From the UHGV virus genome UHGV-0111942: a DNA stretch of 43,478 nucleotides, one strand, 5' to 3'. Shown here in pieces: positions 1 through 7,767 of this stretch; within the stretch, counting starts at the first letter, position 1; each line of letters begins with the position of its first letter. The notes beneath the pieces are model-generated. The model had not been told where the DNA came from, made no database searches, and saw only the letters and a program-made list of their open reading frames with translations. The stretch is from a virus. A program made the position numbers and the translations under genes.

Positions 1-194
1 ATCCGCCCCAGCCACTCCCAAAAGTTCGGCGCCTGGTCATAACTGATTTTTTCCAACTCCGCGGCCACCTTTTCGCCGGCCGCCGGATAAACCGGACAAC
101 CCGGACTATAGCCGGCCGGCACGCATGAGCTTAAGCAGATCATCGCGGCCGGCATTAGGGCGAGCGTGAATCTCAGCCTTCTTCTTTTCCACAT
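1..194 (-). CDS. o-spanin (Rz1-like lipoprotein), 5' part; continues across the window junction into 43478..43439
   Basis: Manual translation: MWKRRRLRFTLALMPAAMICLSSC (lipobox LSSC) VPAGYSPGCPVYP...FWEWLGR. Overlaps the i-spanin 3' end in another frame. Confidence 0.8.
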   Translation of the reverse strand, partial: MWKRRRLRFTLALMPAAMICLSSCVPAGYSPGCPVYPAAGEKVAAELEKISYDQAPNFWEWLGR

Positions 195-336
195 ATCGGA
201 TCACCTCAACCTGTTTTTCTATCACTTGAATTTTGGCCTCGCTTCGGCCGACTTCCTGCCCTACCTCGTAAAAGGCAAAGCAGAGGGCGGCAACCATAAG
301 CATGGTCACCGCCCAGCGTATCAGTCTGTTTACCAT
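106..336 (-). CDS. i-spanin (Rz-like)
   Basis: Likely start at ATG 336 (MVNRLIRWAVTMLMVAALCFAF). N-terminal TM helix plus charged coil, downstream of the endolysin, with an overlapping lipoprotein. Confidence 0.75.
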   Translation of the reverse strand: MVNRLIRWAVTMLMVAALCFAFYEVGQEVGRSEAKIQVIEKQVEVIRYVEKKKAEIHARPNAGRDDLLKLMRAGRL

Positions 337-485
337 AGCAACCCCGCCAGACCGAACCGCCATGCGCATATTGCCAGCACGGCCAGAATTCCCCACAGCA
401 GCCAGTAAACCCGACGATTTTTCAATGCCAACCCGATCAGCCACCGCCAAAACCGGTACCGGCAATTTTTATGTTCATTTTCCAT
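330..485 (-). CDS. 51-aa membrane protein in the lysis cassette (holin/antiholin candidate)
   Basis: Manual translation MENEHKNCRYRFWRWLIGLALKNRRVYWLLWGILAVLAICAWRFGLAGLLW. TGATG overlap with the endolysin stop. Confidence 0.6.
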   Translation of the reverse strand: MENEHKNCRYRFWRWLIGLALKNRRVYWLLWGILAVLAICAWRFGLAGLLW

Positions 486-883
486 CAGTCAATCCCCTTA
501 AAAAACAAATGATGTCCGCAAACGTAACAAGGCCGCATGCCGGCCGCCCATTTCGGCGCCGCACAAACCTTCGGATTATAATAATGAGTTGCACCGCCGG
601 TCGGATCCGGTTCAAATTCAGCCTCTTCGATCAAATCAATATACGGTTTAAGCTCAATATAAGTCAGTTCTTCCATCTTGCCCCGATTCGGGTCGTTTTT
701 GTTCCAGCAAGAATATTGCCAAGGCTTTTTACAAGTAGCGGCAATCGTTTTGCCGGCATACCAGCGCCCTGATTTAAAACGATTAAAGACGGTATGAATT
801 ACCGCCTTTTGTCCTTCCGTCCCCTCGCCTCTGGCCTCGCCCCATACGGTTCGCGCCAGCGTTAAAACATCGTCTTCCGTCAC
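485..883 (-). CDS. Endolysin, SleB/Hydrolase_2 cell-wall hydrolase
   Basis: LARTVWGEARGEG, QYSCWN, DPTGGATHYY and GHHLFF motifs. Confidence 0.9.
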   Translation of the reverse strand: MTEDDVLTLARTVWGEARGEGTEGQKAVIHTVFNRFKSGRWYAGKTIAATCKKPWQYSCWNKNDPNRGKMEELTYIELKPYIDLIEEAEFEPDPTGGATHYYNPKVCAAPKWAAGMRPCYVCGHHLFFKGID

Positions 884-1134
884 AGCTTTTCTCCTCTTTT
901 CTTTTTGGACTTATCTTCAAACATCAAATCCAGCTTAACCTTCAGTTCCGTCAGCAGTTGCGTCTGCACGTCGTTTTTCCGCAAAAGCTCGCCGATTGAA
1001 CGTTCAAACGCATCCATCCGTTTTTCCAGATTGTCGACTTTTGTTTCCTGCCTTGCTTTCCATTCTCCCATTCTGATAAAGTTGCACAATACGCCGATCA
1101 GCGCCGAAACGCCGGCAAACAAACTCCAATCCAT
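880..1134 (-). CDS. Holin-like membrane protein (N-terminal TM plus coiled coil)
   Basis: MDWSLFAGVSALIGVLCNF; directly upstream of the endolysin. Confidence 0.55.
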   Translation of the reverse strand: MDWSLFAGVSALIGVLCNFIRMGEWKARQETKVDNLEKRMDAFERSIGELLRKNDVQTQLLTELKVKLDLMFEDKSKKKRGEKL

Positions 1135-1150
1135 TACTTTTTTTCTCCAA

Positions 1151-1178
1151 CAAAAAAGGGAGCGTTTCCGCTCCCCGT
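1151..1178 (-). terminator. Rho-independent terminator closing the 2708-1181 cassette
   Basis: Minus strand GGGAGCG-GAAA-CGCTCCC followed by a T-run. Confidence 0.8.
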
Positions 1179-1180
1179 CG

Positions 1181-1393
1181 TTACAGTTCCTCACCGTGTT
1201 CATGATGTTTCATCATCCAAATCGTCTTGGCCTCAGACTTCATCATGTGCCCAACGGCTTTGGCCATATCGGCCACCGTTTCGGACGAGATTTTCTCGCC
1301 CTTGTCCAGCTTGGCCTCGATTTTATCCAGCAGTTTCTCGCCGGCATCGCTCAGCCTGCTGTAAAAATCCTCATGTTCGGTTAAAGTTTTCAT
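1181..1393 (-). CDS. Hypothetical helical protein (cassette gene 5)
   Basis: 70-aa ORF with ATGA coupling to the upstream gene. Confidence 0.7.
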   Translation of the reverse strand: MKTLTEHEDFYSRLSDAGEKLLDKIEAKLDKGEKISSETVADMAKAVGHMMKSEAKTIWMMKHHEHGEEL

Positions 1394-1719
1394 TTCATGC
1401 CTCCCGCTATTTTACGGATAAGAGGCGCCGCCTGCCGATAAACCTCTATCAGCCGGAATTTGCCGTCCGGAACAATCGCCGCCAGATTACCCGAAAGATA
1501 TTGTTTAATCGTTGAACCTTCGATTTTCCCCTGTTCATCCATCAGCGGCCGCACCAGATTTTCAAATTTGTCAATATATTTCTGGACCTGCCCGGAAATA
1601 TTGACTTTGAAGATACCGGATCCGACCGTCATATGTTCGGAGGAAACGCCGCCGAACAAATCGGTTAAAATCTCTTGTTCAAAAAGATCAAGCTCTGTTT
1701 GCTGCAAGGATTCAATCAT
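1390..1719 (-). CDS. Hypothetical protein (cassette gene 4)
   Basis: 109-aa ORF with ATGA coupling on both sides. Confidence 0.75.
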   Translation of the reverse strand: MIESLQQTELDLFEQEILTDLFGGVSSEHMTVGSGIFKVNISGQVQKYIDKFENLVRPLMDEQGKIEGSTIKQYLSGNLAAIVPDGKFRLIEVYRQAAPLIRKIAGGMK

Positions 1720-2111
1720 AACAGTTTGTCTCCCTGTTCGGCGCGGAGTTCGGCCAGCTGCCGGCGAAGTTCCTCGTTTTCTTTCTCCAGACCTGCCGCA
1801 TGCCGGCCAAACTCCTGTGCCGTTTCCGCCACAACGTCAACATACTCTCCGGCAAGAGCGGCAAACGCGGGAATTTGCACAAACTCGTCCTTAAAGCGCT
1901 CAAACAGCCAGTCATTAAAGGTTGTCATCAGCTGCTGCCGCTTGGCCAGGGCTTTCTCGTCGCCGTTGACAAACGCCTGCTGATCGTTTGACATCCTGTT
2001 GACCAGCTCATCAAAACGCTGCCATACCGGCGCCCGCACCGGAGCGCTGCCTTGGCTTTCTATTTGATGAAGCTTTTGCTTAAATTCCTCGATTGCGTCG
2101 GTTTTTCCCAT
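1716..2111 (-). CDS. Hypothetical coiled-coil protein (cassette gene 3)
   Basis: 131-aa ORF, GGAGG RBS, C-terminal coiled coil. Confidence 0.75.
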   Translation of the reverse strand: MGKTDAIEEFKQKLHQIESQGSAPVRAPVWQRFDELVNRMSNDQQAFVNGDEKALAKRQQLMTTFNDWLFERFKDEFVQIPAFAALAGEYVDVVAETAQEFGRHAAGLEKENEELRRQLAELRAEQGDKLL

Positions 2112-2129
2112 GATGCCGCCCTCCCTTTG

Positions 2130-2708
2130 CTATGCTGACGGCGTAGCCGATTCCGTCGGTGCTTTCCAGTCGTTGTACCGCGGCATGGCAGCCGGACAGA
2201 GGTTGTCAAGCGGCATAACCAGTTTTCCGGGAACGAAAGTCGCGTTGCAATAACACAGAATTTCGTTTCTGGTCGTGTCAATACGGTTGTTGAGATATGC
2301 GAAGTTGTCGACCGTCGCCTGTTTATCGACCGCCACCTGCTTGTCCAAAGCGGCAAAGGCTGCCGCCAGTTCTTTGTAGTTGGCGTTGATTTTGTCGTCG
2401 TTCTTGTTTGACAACGCAATCGCTTCTTTGTAGACGTCAATGCCGATACTGTCGGTATAGCGTTCGGCTTCCAGCTTGGCAATATGTGCTTCCAAAGCCG
2501 AAATCACCCGGCTGTCACCAACCGCGGTTGCACCGGCAGCAACGGCACCGGCATTTCCCAGACCGCCAAACAGGCCGCCCAGCAAACCACCGCCGTTTGA
2601 AAGCTGGTTAACCAGCGCCACGGTTCCCGGAATAGCCAAACCGAGAGCGGCACCGGCCAGTCCTTTGGAGGCGACGGACTTTTCTCCGTCTGCTGTTTTA
2701 ATCATCAT
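2130..2708 (-). CDS. Glycine-zipper/hydrophobic N-terminus plus coiled-coil protein (cassette gene 2)
   Basis: ASKGLAGAALGLAIPGTVAL...GGGLLGGLFGGLG; C-terminal FVPGKLVMP..CP. Confidence 0.8.
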   Translation of the reverse strand: MMIKTADGEKSVASKGLAGAALGLAIPGTVALVNQLSNGGGLLGGLFGGLGNAGAVAAGATAVGDSRVISALEAHIAKLEAERYTDSIGIDVYKEAIALSNKNDDKINANYKELAAAFAALDKQVAVDKQATVDNFAYLNNRIDTTRNEILCYCNATFVPGKLVMPLDNLCPAAMPRYNDWKAPTESATPSA

Positions 2709-2835
2709 GATCGTTTCTCCATTATTGTTGAGTTAATGAAGAAAGCCTTCGAAAACTTATTTATAAAAATAACTCCGGATACTTTCTTCATATCCAGAGT
2801 ACCTGTCACAATAATCATAAAGAACGCCGCCGGTT

Positions 2836-3111
2836 CTACTTTCCGGGACACTCCAAAAGCCTTGAAATATAAGCCGTTAACAGATCCGAGGACATTTCAA
2901 GGGCTTTATTATACCGGCGGGAGATGGTCTTCACCTCCCGCCCTTCCTGCCAGGCTATTTGTTTTTGAGGAATTTTCAAAACGTCAACCTCAATCAAGAT
3001 TTTCTTTTGCGCTTCCAGCAGCGGAAACGAATTGATTAAACCGACGGCTTTTTCTTTCGACATGCGTTGAAACAAAAATTTTGCAAATTCCTTTTTAACC
3101 GCCGCCTTCAT
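2836..3111 (-). CDS. Sigma70 region-4-like HTH protein (cassette gene 1)
   Basis: IPQKQIAWQEGREVKTISRRYNKAL HTH pattern. Confidence 0.6.
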   Translation of the reverse strand: MKAAVKKEFAKFLFQRMSKEKAVGLINSFPLLEAQKKILIEVDVLKIPQKQIAWQEGREVKTISRRYNKALEMSSDLLTAYISRLLECPGK

Positions 3112-3116
3112 GACGG

Positions 3117-3488
3117 TCAGGACCGGTTAACGGTCCACTCCTCAAACGTCAATACCGCTTCGTTCGGGAAATTTTCCGCTGCCGGAATATCCCGCAAATA
3201 TTGTCTGTACGCGCGGTACTCTTCTTTCGCGTCATACTTGATCGGAAAATCGGCCAGCATATACTTGTCTGTCTGACATAACAGTTCGTCCCGCTCTGCC
3301 CGCACTTCGGCAGACCGGCGCTTAACTTCAAAATCCGGATCCCGAACCATATCCGTCCCGTTCCATACATAGCGCTCAATGTTTCTGAACACTTCTTCCG
3401 AAATTTCCACATTGTCGACGCCTTCCGTCGACTGGCGGCACTCGCCGGCGCCGACCAGTTTATTGTCTTCTATAAAAGCGTAAAACAT
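3117..3488 (-). CDS. Tail fibre assembly chaperone
   Basis: VRAERDELL..TDKYMLADFP...YRAYRQYLRDIP...FP motif. Confidence 0.85.
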   Translation of the reverse strand: MFYAFIEDNKLVGAGECRQSTEGVDNVEISEEVFRNIERYVWNGTDMVRDPDFEVKRRSAEVRAERDELLCQTDKYMLADFPIKYDAKEEYRAYRQYLRDIPAAENFPNEAVLTFEEWTVNRS

Positions 3489-3492
3489 TCTC

Positions 3493-4068
3493 CTAATCTC
3501 CTACTTTTCGGTATGCAATTACATTGATATAACCGCCGGTCGCCTCGTTGTTGCCGGTATTTGAAAAACGGATCGTCTTGTTACTAACCAAAGCGGCATA
3601 AAATCCGGCACAGCGGGATTCGCCCGTCGTCAAAAAAACACCGGCTGTCGGCGAAGACGCAATCGCGTCATAAATTGAGGGATTCAACGCGCCGCGGATC
3701 GTAACGATTGAACTCGACGTAAAAAATACGCTGCCCATAATCTCGTACAAACCTTCGTCCGGCAAGAAATCCAAAGCAAAAGTCGAAACTTTGTTGGCTC
3801 CGATCGTACCGTTTGCCAAAATGTTCCTGGCCTGAAAACTGCTCCACGGCAGCGGAAGTTTCGCGTTGCCGACCGACGACAGATTGCTTAAATCCTTATC
3901 CGCCAGATTGTCCAAGCTGACACTTGCAACCGCAATTCCGGCGATTGCTTCTCTTCCGGCCGGCGCCAGATTGCTGGCATCCGTTTTCAGCAGGCCGCTC
4001 ACATCAATATCGCCGCCGCCCGTTCCCGTCGCCGGGGACGCGCCGCCGGCATACAATACGTCATTCAT
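3493..4068 (-). CDS. Tail fibre/receptor-binding protein
   Basis: DASNL/DLSNLS fibre repeats, beta-rich C-terminus, upstream of the chaperone. Confidence 0.65.
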   Translation of the reverse strand: MNDVLYAGGASPATGTGGGDIDVSGLLKTDASNLAPAGREAIAGIAVASVSLDNLADKDLSNLSSVGNAKLPLPWSSFQARNILANGTIGANKVSTFALDFLPDEGLYEIMGSVFFTSSSIVTIRGALNPSIYDAIASSPTAGVFLTTGESRCAGFYAALVSNKTIRFSNTGNNEATGGYINVIAYRKVGD

Positions 4069-4325
4069 GCTTCTATCCTTTCAATGCTGACAATTGAGGG
4101 GCCTAATCCATCAGGATCACGCAAATACAAATCTCCGCCGACCTTTTTAAACATCAGCTGCGCTTTAGCAGGAACAATCCCGCCGCGCTCGTCTTCCGTC
4201 GGCTGTCGATCCAAAACAATATACTCAATATCCCGAAGTAACGGCTGAACGGCAAAAGTATCCCCCGTTGCCGCTTCCGTCACCGGTTCCCATGCCCGGC
4301 TGAATTTTTTATTAACAATAAACAT
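4065..4325 (-). CDS. Small tail-associated hypothetical protein
   Basis: Start MFIVNKKF after an AGGAGG RBS. Confidence 0.6.
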   Translation of the reverse strand: MFIVNKKFSRAWEPVTEAATGDTFAVQPLLRDIEYIVLDRQPTEDERGGIVPAKAQLMFKKVGGDLYLRDPDGLGPSIVSIERIEA

Positions 4326-4391
4326 TTTTTCCTCCTTATAAAAAAAGCCAGAGCAAAAGCCCCAGCCAAAACACAATTAAAAACCTCAGCA

Positions 4392-5417
4392 TCAGTCTGT
4401 TTTTCCCATCACCCATTCGCCGCCGGCGTTTTTGTAAATATGCGCCGGCAAACTCAAATCTGCCACTTCAGTCATATCCGCATAGCCTTCCGGCCGTTCG
4501 AACGTATCATCCGGCGACAGCAGATAAAGCGCCGGCTTGTCAGTACCGGTCAACAAATACATTTTAATATCAACCGCCGAACCGTCGTCCGTATAATTGA
4601 TCAGATTGCCGCCTTCCTCATAAGGCTTCATCACAAGCGTTTGCTCACCGAACGTTTTGCTTTTGTGATAAAAGGGCTGCGTAATCAGCTGCATGTAGTC
4701 TTCCAAATAAACTCTTATCGTTGGCGTCATGTTTCCTTCGGCAAGCGAACAGGAAACCGTTCCCGACGTCGCCAGAAGCGAAGCTTCATACAGGTCGCAT
4801 GATCCGTTTTCGGCACCGGTCAGGATATAATATTGATACGGCTGCTTTGGTGAAAGCGTCACTTCGCTTAAAACCTGATAGCGCTCCGCCGTATTTATCA
4901 ACAGTTCTCCCGTTTCGTCGGAATACTCGCGCCCGGTCCAGGCATTGTAAACCGACAACGGATTGTTGCTGCCGTACAGACGCCAGTTGTCGTATCCGTT
5001 TGTCACTTTGGTCTTAAAACTCCGGGCTTTAACCGCCGTCGGGAATTTCCAGACGATTTTATAATTGCCGGTATAAGTTTCGACGTTTTTGTCAAAAGCA
5101 TTGATATTGTCAGCGGCAAGAACCATATAAGCCGGATCTTCGGTCGGCGTCTCCAGCCAGGTTTTAAGACTTTCGTCATCTTGATACGTCTGCACCTTGT
5201 CAGACGTCAGCGCATTCAGAGGAAACTCTCCGTCTTGTGTGCTGTTCTCAAAAACGTACGCGGCAACACTTTGCCCGCCTTCAATCTCCGCAATCTTTTC
5301 CGCATACGCCCGAAAAGTCACCTCGTCTCCGACTTCAACCCCTTTCTTTAAGATTGCCGACCGAATAGCGCTTTTTGTTCCGGCAATATAGCGGATTTTT
5401 TCAACCACCGTTCCCAT
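4392..5417 (-). CDS. Tail fibre/spike with N-terminal anchor helix and discoidin-like domain
   Basis: TKSAIRSAILKKGVEV..TFRAYAEKIAEI anchor motif; WRLYGSN and YQYYIL carbohydrate-binding-like motifs. Confidence 0.65.
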   Translation of the reverse strand: MGTVVEKIRYIAGTKSAIRSAILKKGVEVGDEVTFRAYAEKIAEIEGGQSVAAYVFENSTQDGEFPLNALTSDKVQTYQDDESLKTWLETPTEDPAYMVLAADNINAFDKNVETYTGNYKIVWKFPTAVKARSFKTKVTNGYDNWRLYGSNNPLSVYNAWTGREYSDETGELLINTAERYQVLSEVTLSPKQPYQYYILTGAENGSCDLYEASLLATSGTVSCSLAEGNMTPTIRVYLEDYMQLITQPFYHKSKTFGEQTLVMKPYEEGGNLINYTDDGSAVDIKMYLLTGTDKPALYLLSPDDTFERPEGYADMTEVADLSLPAHIYKNAGGEWVMGKTD

Positions 5418-5995
5418 CAGATCACCTCCCCGTTAATTTCGTCCGCCAGCGTACCCAACGCCTCGACCACCGCTTCGGCTCGTTCAATCAGCGCCTTTGC
5501 CTGTTCTGCCGCGGCTACCGCTTCGTTTGCCGCCGCCTGCGCCGCGTTCTTATACATGAGCACCGTTTCCACAATGTTTTGCGGATCATCACCGGAAACC
5601 GGATCAACCAGAAGCGCTCTGGAGAGCTGTTCCTGAAGCTCCTGCAAATTCATATACACGCCGTCAAAAGAATCCTCCAGCTGCTCCATGTCAAACAACT
5701 GGCCGTTGATATAGTCCGCTTCCTGCAAAAACGGCTTGTTGCGCAAAACGGCAAGCTTCACGTTCTCCGCCGGCGGCGACGCAAACACGACCTTGCCGGT
5801 AATTTCCTCGCCGTTGCCCTCAACCGTGTAGTCGCCGCCTTCTTCCAGAACTTTCAACTCGTCGCCGGTACCCGAATAAACCTTTATCTGCGCGGTCCCG
5901 TCTTTGTTCTTAAAAAACTTGAACGTCACCGGAAATTCCGTCGCCGTCCCGTCCGCCACATAATTGACTTTGCTCACATCCGAAAATAAAGTCAT
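5417..5995 (-). CDS. Tail fibre proximal protein (T7 gp17 N-terminal-like head-binding domain)
   Basis: YVADGTATEFPVTF...DYTV...LQEADY..GQLF..EQLEDSFD motif. Confidence 0.85.
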   Translation of the reverse strand: MTLFSDVSKVNYVADGTATEFPVTFKFFKNKDGTAQIKVYSGTGDELKVLEEGGDYTVEGNGEEITGKVVFASPPAENVKLAVLRNKPFLQEADYINGQLFDMEQLEDSFDGVYMNLQELQEQLSRALLVDPVSGDDPQNIVETVLMYKNAAQAAANEAVAAAEQAKALIERAEAVVEALGTLADEINGEVI

Positions 5996-6039
5996 ATCTC
6001 ACTCCATAAAAAAAGCCGTCCGCAACGGACGGCCGGTTA

Positions 6040-6070
6040 TAAAAAAGGAGAACCGTTACCGGTTCTCCCT
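6040..6070 (-). terminator. Terminator of toxin mRNA, type I TA locus 1
   Basis: GGAGAACCG/CGGTTCTCC stem plus a T-run on the minus strand. Confidence 0.75.
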
Positions 6071-6075
6071 CCCTC

Positions 6076-6138
6076 CTATCGTTTAATTGACAGGAAAATT
6101 CGGATTTTCCGAATGATAATAATAAACTTTATTATCAT
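6076..6138 (-). CDS. 20-aa hydrophobic-cationic peptide, putative type I toxin (copy 1)
   Basis: MIIKFIIIIRKIRIFLSIKR; AAAGGA RBS; 15/20 identical to the peptide at 19229-19291. Confidence 0.75.
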   Translation of the reverse strand: MIIKFIIIIRKIRIFLSIKR

Positions 6139-6225
6139 ATCTTTCCTTTCAGCCTTTACGGGCGGTTGGGAAAGGGAAAACCTTTTTCACTTGACTTTTT
6201 CGGTCAAATGATATATCTTAACCTT

Positions 6226-6300
6226 ATGGAATGGTTAAGGTAAGGTTAACCCTTTCCGAAGTTAAGAATTAAGTCCGGTGTTCCAGCACCGGACTTTTTC
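6226..6300 (+). ncRNA. Putative antisense antitoxin RNA, locus 1
   Basis: TTGACT(6191)-17-TATCTT promoter; GTCCGGTG/CACCGGAC terminator; antisense to the toxin 5' UTR. Confidence 0.7.
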
Positions 6301-6329
6301 TTTATACCTCAAGCCCCAACGGCTGTCAA
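6301..6329 (-). promoter_or_regulatory. Sigma70 promoter of toxin mRNA, locus 1
   Basis: TTGACA-17 nt-TATAAA on the minus strand. Confidence 0.8.
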
Positions 6330-6886
6330 TCGGCTTTCGCCAACGCTTCTTTTTTCGCAAACCAACGGTCGGACTTTTCTTTTGTGTTTACCGACCACAG
6401 CCAGACAAAACGTTCGGAAAATGCTGCCACCGCCGCCCCGTCATGGAAAAAAATACAGTTCTCACTGTTTTTGCTGGTGGCCGGCTCCGTCCAGTTATAA
6501 CTTCCCGTCACCGCCGTTTCTCCGTCAAACACCGCAAATTTGTTATGCTCTATCTTATGTTTCGAGTGCACCCGGATATTGACGCCGGCCCGGTAAAGGT
6601 CCCGCACTTTCGAACTTCTGCCGGCCGCCTGCAAACGATCAGTCAGGATCCGCACTTTCACTCCGCGGCGGTCGGCCTCTTTCAAGGCTTTCACAATATC
6701 CGTATTGTTCAGCGAATAGACCGCAACGTCAATTTCCTGCCGGCTGCCGTTGATCATCTTAACAATGTTTTCCTCACAGGCATTTGAAGGCGAAAAATAC
6801 ACCTCAACGCTCTTGTTCGGCTGCCGGCTTGCCGCCAACGCCGCCCCGCAAAGAAAAATACAAATAAGAAATGACAGCTTTCGCAT
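6326..6886 (-). CDS. Exported phospholipase-D-family (Nuc-like) endonuclease
   Basis: Signal peptide MRKLSFLICIFLCGAALAA; single HKD motif HNKFAVFD..TGSYNWT..N.EN. Confidence 0.85.
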   Translation of the reverse strand: MRKLSFLICIFLCGAALAASRQPNKSVEVYFSPSNACEENIVKMINGSRQEIDVAVYSLNNTDIVKALKEADRRGVKVRILTDRLQAAGRSSKVRDLYRAGVNIRVHSKHKIEHNKFAVFDGETAVTGSYNWTEPATSKNSENCIFFHDGAAVAAFSERFVWLWSVNTKEKSDRWFAKKEALAKAD

Positions 6887-6987
6887 AACACAACCTTTCG
6901 ATTGTATCTTTGCATAAATAATACTCTTAGTCAACAACAAAGGGCTGCATTTTTACAAATACAGCCCTTTTAAGTTGCAAACAATAA

Positions 6988-7446
6988 TTATCCGGCAATC
7001 GCTTTGATCTGCTCAAGGATTCGCGCTCTCTCTGCTTCCACTGCTTTTTTCACCCGATTTTCAATCGAGAGCGCCAGCACATTCGCGCACCAGTCCTTCA
7101 GCTCTGCATCCGCCGTCGGCAACACCGGCGCCGCCGGACCGTCGGACGCGGTTTTCAGCACCTTCAGCACCCAGCGGCGAAACGCCGCCGCTTTCGGCGT
7201 CCGGGCAAACATCCCGATCAGCCAGGAACCTTCACAGTTGAATATCCGCACCCGTGTCCGCCCCTGCTTGATCAGGCAGCTCATTTCTTCGTCAAACTCT
7301 TCCTTGTGGGCATTGTATATTTTCGACAACCCGTTATTTTCTCGCACTTCCAACGCTCTCCCAATTTGGGAGAGTGTCATATAATCCTGCCCGTTGTGCC
7401 GGATCAGTTCAATCTTATGGTCATAAAACTGTACAATATTACTCAT
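6988..7446 (-). CDS. BRO-N-family antirepressor-like protein
   Basis: IYNAHKEEFDEEM, RVRIFN.EG..LIGMFARTPKAAAFRRWVL. Confidence 0.85.
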   Translation of the reverse strand: MSNIVQFYDHKIELIRHNGQDYMTLSQIGRALEVRENNGLSKIYNAHKEEFDEEMSCLIKQGRTRVRIFNCEGSWLIGMFARTPKAAAFRRWVLKVLKTASDGPAAPVLPTADAELKDWCANVLALSIENRVKKAVEAERARILEQIKAIAG

Positions 7447-7659
7447 GGCAACCGCCCTCCAGCAGTTCGACCATTTCCTTCAATTTGGCCAGCACAAAAC
7501 TCAAGGTACTTCTCAGCGCCTCGTTTTCAACTTCCAACTCTTTATTTGATTTTTCCATCTTTGTATCCTTTTCCAAAAGAATTTAGGTTGGGGAAGTTGG
7601 AAACATGTACAAAGTCATGCAGTACTTATTCAATATATTCGTACTCTTCCCCAATAATT

Positions 7660-7735
7660 AAAAACAAAAAACGCAATCTGTCGGGTGCGTTTCCGCTTTG
7701 CATACAACCTTTCCACGGGTTGGAGCTTCCGCTCG
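7660..7735 (-). ncRNA. C4/CI-like antisense RNA upstream of the antirepressor
   Basis: TTGACA promoter at 7766-7771; three hairpins; segments TGGAAA and TGCAAAG are complementary to the downstream CTTTGTACATGTTTCCA (7598-7614). Confidence 0.55.
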
Positions 7736-7767
7736 TTTATAATAATAAACAGAAATATATGAGGTTG

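Noticed and set aside
3117..5995. Diversity-generating retroelement, as in BPP-1
   Set aside because: No reverse transcriptase ORF, and no template/variable repeat pair seen.
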